The notes: a model not told the origin generated them from the letters alone. A DNA stretch of 64,000 nucleotides from Glaucostegus cemiculus (GCA_976551045.1 CDPCPM010000125.1:186001-250000); one strand, 5' to 3'; positions 39,447 to 51,130 are shown, counted from the stretch's first letter. A program made the numbers and translations.

Positions 39447-40603
39447 GTGTGTTTTGGCAACTGGAACTGTCAGAAACTTCGGAACAGGAGCCACCTGTCC
39501 ACCGTCAGATTTTCTGACACAGGGCTTCTGCCGTCAGAATGATCAAGGTATCTTTCTCTTCGTTGTGAAGCGCGCGGACGCCCTAGCAAGTAATAGAAGG
39601 CACAAGTCCAGTTGATTTTCATCCACTTTGTCAAATAAAGAGAGGGAACTATTGCAGCTATGAATGAAGTGTGATGCCATCGAGTCATCACCAGCGTAGA
39701 GATTCCACTGGAAGTACGGTTGATCAGCTGGCACATTTTGCCTGGTTTGTTTTCTCGGGACACTGCAGGCTGTTTCCGACTCCTGAGCCAATATATTGTA
39801 AGAGGGAGCCCTTTCACTGCAAATGACGCTGTCTCCTTAGAATTCCATCCAAAGCCCTCGGAAGAATCCACGGAGTCCTAAGGGACCACAGGGCAATCAT
39901 GCACACAGCACACATAAGTGGCCTACTGATCGATGTTCTCAAACGGCCCGGCGACACTTCTTGCAGAATTTCTAGACTGAGGCCCCTTTTGGTTTGGACC
40001 ACTTCAGTTCGGGGCAATTGGGGATTGTCCGATGATGGCGTACATCATTGAATAAACATCGTCTCTGCCCGTCAGTTTAAGGCAACAAGAAAATCTCATA
40101 AATTTAATTGTAGGACATCTCGGGGAGAAGCTAGAATGTAAAGCTGAAGAATGATTTTTGTTTGTCGAAAGGTATCGTAATGGGATACGGATATTTGAAA
40201 TGGAACAAGAGAACGTGCCTGCCGGTAAGATCAAAGGAATGCATGGCGTTGTTTCAAGTGCGCATGTACAGAAGGTATCGCAGCAGTGAAGAAGGCAGGG
40301 CAAACGTGCTGATGATCTTGAGGTGAAGATATGTGGCGAGGCATATTTTATCAGTTGATTATGGTGGTTGAGACGATTTTGGCGACTGAGGATTCCAGCG
40401 AAGCAGCTTTGACCCTTGTGTATGTTGAGAATGGAGGTGTCTTCGCTTGCAGCTGGAGTGAAGAAGTATCCATTTGCATTGAGTGAATTTAGTTGCCTGT
40501 ACGTCTGCTGGGACGTGAAAAGGAAATGATTTTGAAATCTTGTCTTCTGATTTGTGAGCAAGGCAAAGAGAATGTTGGTGAGCTGTGGTGATTTCAGTCA
40601 GAA

Positions 40604-40675
40604 TCCCATGTGGTCTAGTGGTCAGGATTTGGCGCTTTCACTGCCGCGGCCCGGGTTAGATTCCCGGTCAGGGAA
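40604..40675 (+). pseudogene. tRNA-Glu(TTC) decayed copy
   Basis: B box GGTTAGATT; acceptor mismatch. Confidence 0.8.
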
Positions 40676-41565
40676 GTATGTTTTGGAAGCTGTGACAAGT
40701 GATAAATTTCGGAATCTTCACCTGCACCACAAACCAGCGATATATCAATCAACCTCTCTTCTGGATACAGTGAGCACTGCATCCTCCACCAAGTGAGCAG
40801 GCTAACTTGCAAGAATCGGGCTTTCCTGAAAGAAAATCAATGGCTGAGTTGATAGATTTTACCCCACGATGAATAAGGTCCTGTGCCACTTGCATCTGTC
40901 GCCCTCATCTTTAAGTCAGTCAGCTACAGTCGCGTCCCATTTGACAGTCTCCAAAACACAGAGTCAATCGAAGGCTATTGCACCCTGAAATGAATCAGGA
41001 GCGCAGATTGAAATACTTGAGGGTGAACAATTTCAAGATGAATATTGTAAGAAGGCTGATAAGATATCACAATTATGATGAATGGATGTCTGGGGGCATG
41101 GGAAAAACAGCCACGGTGAATACAAATCATCAATCATCAGAAATGTTTACGTGGCGTAAAAGGAATACTTGTACTTTTCGTTTTTGTCAGCAAAAAGTGA
41201 TGCGGACTTGACGAAAAAGGGAAGAGTGAAATGTTCTCCAGCGTCGGAGTTTGCAATCGATTGGAGAAAAGGGTAAATCTCTGGTTAAAATGTGAATGCA
41301 TATTTTTTTGCGGACAGCCGTTCAGTGTCGAGATGATGAATTGACAAGAACATGTTCCGTGACTGTGTTTGGTTGCAGGAAAGAGTGAATGAGGAACAGC
41401 CTGAGACACGTTTTCATGGGAGGCTGTTTTGCACTCGGGCTGCTCTTCTCGCACGGCAATTATGTTGCCCCAGGAACTGCGGAGACGTGGACAGCAAGCC
41501 TTCTCAATGGTGCATGGATATAAACGAAAGACATTCTAGGTCTGCGTGCGTTTCATTTCTCAGTT

Positions 41566-41637
41566 TCCCTGGTGGTCTGGTGGTTAGGATTTGGCGCTCT
41601 CACCGCCACGGCCCGGTTTCGACTCCCGGCTAGGGAA
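41566..41637 (+). pseudogene. tRNA-Glu(CTC) decayed copy, last recognisable copy in the contiguous array
   Basis: About 6 differences, including A14 and G53. Confidence 0.8.
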
Positions 41638-43139
41638 GTGTGTTTTGCCACCAGCAACCAGTCAAAATCTAACTACCAGGAGCCACTGGTCCACCGTCAG
41701 CTTTGTTGACACAGGGCGTCTGTCAGCAGAATTATCAAGGTATCTTCCTCTTCGTTGTGAAGCGCCCGGACGCCCTAGCAAGTAATAGAAGGCACAAGTC
41801 CGGTTGATTTTCATCCACTTTGACAAAAAAAAAAGTCAACGATTGCAGCTATGAATGAAGTGTGATGCCAACGTGCCGTCGCAAGCGTAAGAGATTCCAC
41901 TGGAATTACGGCTGATCAGCTGGCACATTTTGCGTGGGTTGTTTTGTCGGAACACTCAGCAGGCTGTTTCCGACTTCTGAGCCGATATCTTGTAAGAGAG
42001 AGCCTTTTCACTGTATATGACGCTGCCCCCTTATAATTCCTTCTGATCCATCGGAGGAAACGACGGGATTCCTAAAGGACCACAGGGCAATTATGCACAC
42101 AGCACACATAAGCGGCAAACGTAAGGCGAACTCATCGTTGTTCTCGAACTTCTCGGCGATACTTCCTGTAGGCATGCCGTCCTGGGGCCTGCTTGATTTG
42201 GGCCACTTCAGCTCGGGGCAATTGGAGACTGTCAGATGATGACGTACATCATTGAATAAACATCGTCTGTGCCCGTAGGTTTAAGACAAGAAGGATATTC
42301 ATAAATTGAATTGTAGGACATCTAGGGGAGAAGATAGAAAGTATAGCGGAAGAAAGGTTTTTGATTGTCGAAAGGTATCAGAATCCGATACGGCTAATTG
42401 TATTAGAAGAAAAGGAAGGGCCTGTCCGCTTCATAAAGAAGTGCATTGTGCTCGCCCTACTGCGCATGTACTGAACTTATTGCAGCAATGAAGAAGGCAG
42501 TGTAAACATGGTGATGGTCATGAGGTGAATATGTCGGAAAAGGAAGATTTCTCAGTTCATTGGCAACGTTCAAATGATTTATCTGCTCAGCGTCAGTGAT
42601 ATCTGCCAATGGTTCTGGCTTGCCAACACAAGAGAACACGTCATCCTTCTCTAATTGAGCAATTCACGTTGCTGGAATCTAGCTTCTTTGACCGAAAGTG
42701 TGTCGCTGAGTTTTTACCGTTTTCTCAAAAATGATCAATATCATATCCCATTCGTATCAGCCGCCCCCATTTGTTATCAGACATCTTCACTTGCTTTCTG
42801 TTTGGCAGTCGCTGATATCCGAGCAAATCTAATGCGTTTGCGACGTTGAAGGAAACAGGTGCACACACATGAAGGTTTGCGATGTCATTGTCACAATGCT
42901 ACAGATCAGGTCAAAAATTGGTTTACTCGGCGGTAGGTTTGAAACAGTAAATTAACAGATTGCGCCACTGTCGCGGATATTATTCCGTTGAATGTACACC
43001 TGCTTCATTTGCAGCATTTGTGAAATGTTGAAAACAGTGTCCATTTTGCTCGGGCCATTTTGGTTGCCTGGACTTCTGCTTGGACCGCCACCGAATATTG
43101 TGATTCGGTTAACATCGTCCTTGTACAGTTGTTTTCTTT

Positions 43140-44330
43140 TGCTGGTACAAAATGTATGGAGGGTTTAGAGGCGTGGCGAGTTTGAAGCTCCCATTTTTGG
43201 GTGTTGGTCCTTTCGAGGTGCAATGCTGCGTTAGTAGAAGTGCTAGGTCTTTGGTTCAGGACCTTCGATGAGTGAACGCTGAGCAGGTAAATTGCAGGTG
43301 AGGTTTTTCATATAGTTATTGTTCCTATTAGAAGGATGTCAATTCTTGGAGTGGTACGCTCCTCCTGCAGGATGTTGGAAATCAGGGAAACTGCCTGTGT
43401 CGCTGATGTCTTCACCTGCAGGAAGTGCGGCCACCTGGATCTTCTGTGTGATCGTGTGAAAAAAACTGATGCTGGAGTTGGATGTAATCAGAATTTTCCA
43501 GGAAGCTGAGAGCATCATAGACAAGAGGTTTACTAAGGTGGTGACACCTAAGAAACCGGCTGCAGGCCACCAGGAGAGGTTCGGGAAAGTGAGAGACCGT
43601 GCAGGGTCCCCGTGTGGTCATTCCTCTCAGCAACAAGTATACCCCTGTTGATGATGATGGGGGTGGGGGTTAATGACTTCCAGGGCACAGCAGCAGCAGG
43701 CAGATAAGTCGCACTGTGGTCGGTCCTGAGGCTCAGCAGAGAAAGGTAAAAGAAGGCAGAGAAACGGTGCTGGGATTCTCGAGTTAAGGGGACAGATGGT
43801 AGATTCTGTAGATGTGAAAGAGAAACCAGGATGGTGTCTTGAGTCCCGGATGCCGGCATCTTTGTTGTCTTAGAGCGGCTGCAGTACATTCTCAGTGTCG
43901 TGTGTGAGCAGCCGGAGGTAGTGGTGCACATTGGCACCAATGACAAAGATCGAAACAGCGAAGAGGTCCTGTTCAGTTTCCTATTCAGCCACTTTCCTTA
44001 CAAAGACATCGAACATTGTAATCTGTGGATTACTCCCAGTTGCACATGCTGGTCAGGGCAGGAAGAGAAAGAAAGAATAGTTGAATGTGTTGCTGAGGAA
44101 GTAGTGCATGGGACAGGTGTTCTGGTTCTTGGATCTTTAGACCCTCTTCTATGGCAGGGCGACCTGAACAAGAGGGACGTATTGCACCTCAACTGCAGGG
44201 AAAGCAATATCCTGGCCGGGAGGTTCGCTATTTCTTCTTGGTGGGGGTGGTGGGTGGAGGTGGGGTGGGAAGTAGTGTTTAAACTGGTTTGGCAGTGAAA
44301 TGGGAACCTAAGCACCGGGACAGAAAGTGG
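43140..44330 (+). mobile_element. Degenerate 5' part of a CR1 LINE: 5'UTR plus ORF1 (Cys motif, coiled coil, SGNH esterase), frameshifted
   Basis: From ATG 43336: SSCRMLEIRE...FTCRKC, LELDVIRIFQEAESIID...VVTP, then EQPEVVVHIGTND and RDVLHLN, which are esterase-type ORF1 motifs of CR1 elements. Confidence 0.8.
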
Positions 44331-45026
44331 CCGCTGTTTTACCAGGTGAGATGCCGCACCTTGCCGCCCTGAATGTCATCTGCTTCCATTGCTGGGCGGC
44401 CATCAGTGTTTGGCGTTTACGCCTGGTGAACTTTAATTGTGAAAATTTCTCAGTGTCTATCAGTTTTAACGCAACAAGTCAATAGACGGCAGCAATTTGC
44501 GGGTATGTATTGTGAGATGGAATTATGGTACTAGAATAAAGTTCGTGGGATATTTCCCAGGAACATTAAAACCGGCATACTTCCTTGAAACACAAAGTGA
44601 GAACAGCTATGCATGTAATATGAAAGAATTACACGTAGATCCTTTAACGGCATGCAACGTGCTGCAGTAGTAACTGCGGCAGGGTCATATGATAATTTTG
44701 CAGACGTTTACATCAAATGAAGGAATAGTCTCATATTTTACTATGAATTGAAGAGTATTTACGACACACATCCAGTGTTGAGACGATGTTTCGGCAAAAG
44801 CAGTGTTGATGGTTGTGTTATGATGAGTATGCGAAGTGCTTCGTGAGCTGCGTGAGTAACGTTGCCTTGGAAATGTATTCCGCTCGGCTTGAGTTCCCTA
44901 CATGACGATTTTCCTGAGCAAAGAACTGATGAGACGTCGAGAGAAATTTCATTTTAAAGCTTGCTATCTTGCAGCTGAGAGATACAAATCTAACTTTGCT
45001 GAGTTTCTGAAAATATTTTGTCAGAT

Positions 45027-45097
45027 TCTTTGGAGGTCCAGTGGTTTGGACCAGGTGCTTTCGGCTCAGCTGCCGCGGCTTCATTCCTGGAAGGGAA
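45027..45097 (+). pseudogene. Ancient relic tRNA-Glu(TTC) with diverged array-type flanks
   Basis: GTCAGA-T-TCTTTGGAGGTCCAGTGGTTTGGA...GCTTTC...ATTCCTGGAAGGGAAGT aligns to the array core; flanks resemble the TTC leader and D2. Confidence 0.6.
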
Positions 45098-45953
45098 GTG
45101 ATTACTTCAGCAGTTGGAAACGCTTGCACGTCATAATTCTGCGTAGGCTCGAGTAACAGAAGTATTAGCACACGGATCTTGTTTGCAGCGTGAGCATGGC
45201 ACATTTAACTCAGTGGGAAAGCTACTGTACAGACAACAGTGTTGTCATTTGGGAAATGTCCAGCACATTTTATATCATTTGCCCGATGGATCATTTTAAA
45301 CGGTGGCAGATCTAAGCGAGGACATTAACGAGTCTATTATGGGAAACCGAACGACGACACTGGCCAACTGACAGCAGCACGCAATGCATAAGAATGGACA
45401 TTACAGATTGCTTCTGGCTTACACGATAGGAACCCGAAGAGCTAAACACTGCATTCGAGGTGAGTTTGATTGTTTTGAACTTAGCAAAGGAATACACTGC
45501 AGGAATTCAGAACGCAACCGTGGCGCAGCATACTTTGAACCAAAAGTTCTGCAATGAAATCTCTTAACACAGAACAGAGATGCTCGTCCAGCAGATTTTG
45601 TCCGCAGTGGTTTATCTCCCACTCCACAGGGTGCTCGGATTGAACGACGTTTAATAAAATATGTCCTGTGGAAAGCAACAGCTCTGTCAATAATTTCACT
45701 GCTCGGAATCCCCTTTGTATCCAGAACGTTGTGAAAAGAATTGCCTGCAGTATAACCCAGCAATATGGAAACCAGAAAGCTAATTACCCTCGAACAATGG
45801 TCTGGACAAGATCTAAAGAGATCCATAACGTCAACTGAATTTGACCTCATAAAGATAGAGATCAACGTCAACATCGCTATCATCAAAGCAAAGATAATGA
45901 CAACAAAACAGCAGCTGCAACAATTCAATATCAAGAAATGCAATTGGTGATCG

Positions 45954-46352
45954 TGTCACAATGTTGGTTGAAGAGCAAGCTCACAGAGAACCCAAATGCG
46001 GCACACTGGTACAAGACTGGAGTCAGGATACTTCCTCAGGACTGGACACAGGCAACACTGGAAGGAATCTTGCCTCGGAAATCTGAGTAGTAATCCCAAC
46101 ACGAACTGAATCTTCAAGCAGGACGAGAGAATGCAGGAATGCTCCAGAGTAGACCACTCTAAGCAGCTAGGAGTCAAAGTATACCCAAAGGTTGACCAAT
46201 ACACTGGCAACTAGTGCTATAGAAACCCAGGTACTTATGCTAGGCCCCTGATGGGGCCCAGGTATGTGTCATTGTGCAATCAGTCCAGCATGGAATCCAT
46301 GTGCTGTACAATGAGGCATCCAAGGAACTAAATCAAGGGCCAGTTCATGACA
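45954..46352. mobile_element. Probable solo LTR, 399 bp
   Basis: TGTCA...TGACA inverted termini with 5-bp flanks GATCG (45949-45953) and GATCA (46353-46357). Confidence 0.65.
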
Positions 46353-47101
46353 GATCATCCTGCTGATTTTTGCCAGCGCTGCTTGGTGCATAACTACGGA
46401 GGCTGCTTCTTTTTTCTCAGTCTTCACTTTACTGCGCCAAACAGCACCTCTGTCATTAATTGTCTGTGAACATTTGGGACGCAATTGACAGCACCATTTT
46501 ACATATAATTTGTTTTGTTCCCTGTCATTAAATGAAGGAACACCGACCTATCGTTCAATGTCTATATTCTCTGCAGATATTTTTCAAAAGGTAGGCAAAT
46601 GAAGGGAATGCCGAGGATTGAAAATAGAAGGAGGGACATTCTTTCCAAATCAGCGAAAGGTAACAAAACGCGAATAATGTCCCAAATGCACCAGGCAGTG
46701 GTCGTATGAAAACAGAATGCAACAGATAAGGTAAAGAAAAATAGTTAATTAGGGAATTTTGAAAAATAGGTACCATAAACAGCAGAAAGAATGTTATCTT
46801 TTCAAAAGCCAACATCTCTTTTAAATTCGAAGAGCAAAGGAAACATTTTGGAAACACGAGCCGGAGAAAATATTTCCAGAGGCACAAATCAAATTACATC
46901 GAAAGAACCGACCTGAATAGATAACTTCCGTTGTGTGCAGAAAGCAGCTGAGCTGCAGGTTAACTCCAGCGTTCTCTGTATTCATTTAAAATGCACAGTG
47001 CTCTGTGAAATGTTATAATGTTTGTACAAGCCACTGAAGCAGCTGGGTGGTTCGATGCCGCCTTCCTCCGAAATCATTCTTCAAGTCAAAATTAACCCAA
47101 A

Positions 47102-47170
47102 TTGCAGTGGTGGGATTCGAACCCACGCCTCCGTAGAGTCTGGAGCCTTAGACCGCTCGGCCACACGACC
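47102..47170 (-). pseudogene. tRNA-Leu pseudogene lacking 13 nt including the anticodon
   Basis: Reverse complement GGTCGTGTGGCCGAGCGGTCTAAGGC/TCCAGACTCTACGGAGGCGTGGGTTCGAATCCCACCACTGCAA; 69 nt versus 82. Confidence 0.9.
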
Positions 47171-48000
47171 GGGTAAATTTATACTTTTGCACTTACCTCA
47201 TATGCAGAAACAGGATGAAGAACAACGAACTGGAAATTGTTTGTGTGGTAGGATCATAGAGTCTCAGACTCATAACACAGAATCAGGTCCGTCGACCCAT
47301 TATTTCCATGTCACCTATCATACTAATCGCACTTTGCAGCATTCGGCCATTGACTCGCAGTAAAGCACAACATAGTCTTTAACATTTCCAGATCAAACGT
47401 CGCAAAAAATATGAACCATTTTAATGAGGCTTCTGGAAGGATTGGATACCGATTGTTTGAAAGGTACGGGAGGAAGCAGGCCAACATAGACACATATAAA
47501 TCAGACACCGCATTAATGTCAGCTGGGTGTGAGTGGAATGTGATTTCTTCAGGACTTTACGGCTGTAATGACAACGCTACCAGATTCACTTGAAATTGAA
47601 CATTAGCAGGTGCTGAATTGAATAGTCATGCAGATTACTCATGCATAGTGTAGTGAAACTGGAGAAAAATATGAAGAAACTGTTATGGGATTGATATAAA
47701 AAAACAAAACAGGCAGCGGAAACAACGGACCTGGTGGAATATACATCCCGAGGCGCAAATCATTATTGTCTTTTCTTACCTCAAATTCCCTCAGGACGTC
47801 GACCTGAATTGTAAACATTATCTCTTCTGAAGCCGGCAGTTGAGCTGTGGAGTATCTCTAGCATTTTCTGCTCTAATTTGGTGCAACAAAACGGATGGCG
47901 CTCTCGGAATCGTTAGGCGGCTTTGCAGAAAACTGCATGTGCTGGATTGTCCGATGGCGACTTTCACCAAAATTATTCTCAGAGTCAGAATTATCTAATT

Positions 48001-48082
48001 AGACACCAATTGTATTCGATCCCGCCCCTCCGTACAGACAGAAGCCTTAATGCAGCTGCTTTGGTCCCTCGACCTCACTTCC
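48001..48082 (-). pseudogene. Highly decayed tRNA-Leu relic (AAG-like anticodon)
   Basis: TATTCGATCCCGCCCCTCCGTACAGACAGAAGCCTTAATGCAGC aligns with reverse-complement tRNA-Leu; flanks resemble those of the 47102 copy. Confidence 0.65.
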
Positions 48083-48269
48083 GGGCATTTTCCCCCCTGC
48101 ACTTACCTCTGGAGATCGCAGAAAACGAACTGTGAAGTGCATTTGTGTGACATAGTCTTGGAGTCCAGGAATTACGCTTTACAGAAACATGCCTTTCAGT
48201 CTATAATTTCCGTGACATCCATTATAGTATTTTCACTTTGCAGCACCAGGTCATTAAATCCTAGCACCT

Positions 48270-48800
48270 TAAAGCATAGAAACGGGTCCTCAAGAACCAC
48301 ATCGTTCATATCGACAGTGATGTCAATCTCCACTAAACTCAATTGCTGGCACTAGGCTGGTAACACTCGACTCTGTTCCGAACCAAGTTCCTATACAAAT
48401 CCGATTTTAAATGCCATCATTGTTCTGCCTCCACTACCTCTTCTGGGGGCTCTTCACAGATATTCAATACACTTTATTCCTTTGCTATCTCCTTTAAAAT
48501 TCCCCCTTCGCGTCAACCTGTTCTTTCTACTTCTACACTCTTCTGCCAAAAATGATTCTGACGACCCATCCTACGACTCATAGAGCTGTGATGTCTCCAT
48601 GATCACCCCTCAGCTTCCTACCTTCCAATGATTCTATCCTATCACTCCAGATAGCTGTAACCATCCATTACAGGCAGCATCCTGGTGACTCTTTAACGTT
48701 GAATGTTAAAGATCCAGTGCTGGAAAGTGGGATTAGCATGAAAAGGCATGGACGCCGTGGACCGAATAACTTGTTTCTGTGCGTGTCATGTCAATGCACT
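48270..48800. mobile_element. Old CR1 3'-end fragments in both orientations
   Basis: CATAGAAACGGG.. and CTGCCTCCACTACCTC resemble the 3' end of the CR1 at 59951; GGCATGGACG...GGACCGAA...TGTTTCTGTGC is the opposite orientation. Confidence 0.5.
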
Positions 48801-50256
48801 GCACCATTTGCTAATTTCTATCTCCTTTTGCCATGCCCGGAGCAGACATCCAAAGATGCAGGGTAGGGTAGTTGAGCAGTATAAAACCCTGTATTGTTCT
48901 ATTGTTTGCGGATGCATGCGTTTGATTCCAGACATTTCTAGACCGAGCAACTTAGTCTCCACGCATCCAAAACTGTAATCCGCTGGCAAAACAATCCAGT
49001 TATTCACAGAGTACTATGCATTTTATTCCACCCAAATACAGCAGAGAATCTGGAACCAATCTACTGCTCAAATGCCTTTTGCAGACGGCATAATGGATAA
49101 GCATTCGGACCGTTGACCATTCATTTAAAGACACGAAAGGCACCAATGATTTGTTCCTCAGGACGTTCCGTTTGTCATATCTACCTCAGCTTTTCACTGG
49201 CTTTAATGTATTTACAAGACATATTGCGATTTCCACATCTACCAATGTTCCTTCTACAATTGTCACATATTCCTTCTCATTTTAGCTGGCTTTCTTTACA
49301 TGCATCTCACCATTATTTCACACCTTGGATGAGTTATCCGTTTAGATTGTACAAATCCAATCTGTGGATGGCATTGAAAACGGTGGTCTGTATCTTATAA
49401 ATGTTTGTACAATAAGTAACCTCGTAAACGGACGACGCTCTCCTGATATCCCTGCTGATGCTGAGTTGATCATCGAGTACGTTTTTGGTGCATTTACGTT
49501 TATGGAGGCTTCCCCTCTCTCGCGCTTTTCAAACAATCCGTGGCCATCTTTCGCAAATAACATTAAAGCAATTTACCTTCTATTGCCGTGAGTTGTTTGG
49601 AAACACTGGAGTTCCTGCCTTTCCACCTCCGTTTGAATTTTTGACGTTCACTCTCGCATTGTTTTTCAAGACGGAGGGTTGTTAAGGAGTAAAACGATTC
49701 CCTGTCATCTGATGAGTTTCACATGTTGGTGCGTGGGGGATGTTTCGGAAACCCGGCTGCTCCTGTCCATTGATAAAAATTCGGATGTCGTGCCTTTACA
49801 GTATTTGGCGCAGCATTGCATCGAACTTTGTATGTAACATTGCAGAACCTCTCTCCAGAGTTGCTCATAGCTAAGCGGATCTTTTTTCCTCAACGTTGAG
49901 TTCAACACTCTGACTCCTTCTGTTCAATTTACTTCGCCGCATCTGTGATTGTTAGCCCAAAAAGCCACCAGTCTCTTTCTCTCTCCTTATCTTCCTGGTT
50001 GTTTCACTCACTCTTCAGTCTAGTTTGGAAGTTTAATCGAAAATGATGTATCAAAACCGTCAGAAAAGGCCGGGTACCAAACGGGAAACAGATTAACCGT
50101 AAAAGAAGATGCGTCATTCGAGTTTGTACCGTCATTAATTGTGATGACAATGGAAGATCGGAGAGTAACATATGTGGATATACGATTCCAGTATTCAATC
50201 ATAGAATTGCACCGAAAAGCTGAATTACTCCTCTGCTTGCAGGTAGACTTATGCGT

Positions 50257-50338
50257 GGTAGTGTGGCCGAGCGGTCTAAGGCGCTGGATTTAGGCTCCAG
50301 TCTCTGCGGAGGCGTGGGTTCAAATCCCACCACTGCCA
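50257..50338 (+). tRNA. tRNA-Leu(TAG)
   Basis: 82 nt GGTAGTGTGGCCGAGCGGTCTAAGGCGCTGGATTTAGGCTCCAGTCTCTGCGGAGGCGTGGGTTCAAATCCCACCACTGCCA; all stems pair; long variable arm; TTTT about 12 nt downstream. Confidence 0.93.
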
Positions 50339-50699
50339 GTAAGGTTGATTTTAATTACTACAACTGGGCAATTAAAGTAATTGAAGACCTAAAGACCTGC
50401 ACGATTTCAATATTTTAGCGGCTGACTAGGGAATTCATTGACGCAGTGATAAATATACTCTTTTATTCGAATTTAAGAGCAGTTTTCACAATCTAAATGC
50501 ATAAATGCGCTAACTATTGAGGACAGGAAAAAACGAACTAGAAAATGATTTGCACAAGAATCTCAGGTGGACATATTCAAACATGTAGTTACCGAAGTAG
50601 ATACATGGATCTTAGAAAACAAGAATGGAATTAAACAGGTTGAACAATATTTATCAAATGGAAGTCTGTTGTGAAAGGCTTGTAAGGGGATTTCGGTAT

Positions 50700-51130
50700 T
50701 CGCACCGAGCAGAACTGATTAGAGAAAACGGTGATTAATTTGCACTTGAGCTTTGGAAAGGCCTTCGGTAAGATACTTTACGTTGAGAAAGAGCAGTGCA
50801 CATAGTTTTGTTGGACATACTGGCGTGATGGTTGATTAATGGACAGAAGGTGGAAGGTCGGAAAATGATCTATTTAGATTGATGAATTGGAAGGCACAAA
50901 TCGTTGGGATCAATGCCGCCAAAACTGAACAAAATATATTATTGATTTGTATGATGGAATATGGCGTCCAGATTTGCTACTGTCCGACGTTATGTGTTTT
51001 GAGAAGGAATGAAAATGCTTCACATGGATGCAGCCAGACGAAGTGATGGGCGAGGACATTGTAAATAGAACAAAACGTGGAAACGGGTAACGTTACAGAG
51101 TTTGATTGAGATAATAGTCAAGTAGCTTTT
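50700..51130 (+). mobile_element. Old CR1 RT fragment
   Basis: CTTGAGCTTTGGAAAGGCCTTCGGTAAGATAC resembles LDFQKAFDKVP; heavily decayed. Confidence 0.5.

Larger units (their letters stand above)
1..42900 (+). repeat. Tandem tRNA-Glu (CTC/TTC) gene array, ~2.2-kb basic dimer unit with 3.1-kb trimer and deleted variants; runs off the left edge
   Basis: 41 copies of the TCCCTGGTGGTCTAGTGGTTAGG...GGTTCGATTCCCGG(T/C)CAGGGAA core. Spacer D1 (~1.2 kb) starts GTGTGTTTTGGCAACTGGAACC; spacer D2 (~0.9 kb) starts GTATGTTTTGGAAGCTGTGAC. Unit periods e.g. 31039->33234 (2195) and 39375->41566 (2191). Similarity fades at ~42.6-43.1 kb. Confidence 0.97.

Noticed and set aside
160-41637. CRISPR-like or integron-like array of conserved repeats with spacers
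   Set aside because: The repeats are tRNA genes, the spacers are homologous to each other and about 1 kb long, no cas or integrase genes are present, and the DNA is eukaryotic.
39-42500. Family of recurring ORFs such as ...FARGTAGRW...VRFPGGLVVRIRRSHRRGPGSIPGQG as a repeated protein gene
   Set aside because: The conserved peptide is simply the translated tRNA-Glu. Starts, stops and frames vary between units, and many use non-ATG starts.
45419-45950. 174-aa minus-strand ORF and 61-aa plus-strand ORF
   Set aside because: No recognisable domain or splice context; likely chance ORFs.
49100-50200. Cluster of short ORFs upstream of tRNA-Leu
   Set aside because: No motifs recognised on either strand; cannot support a call.
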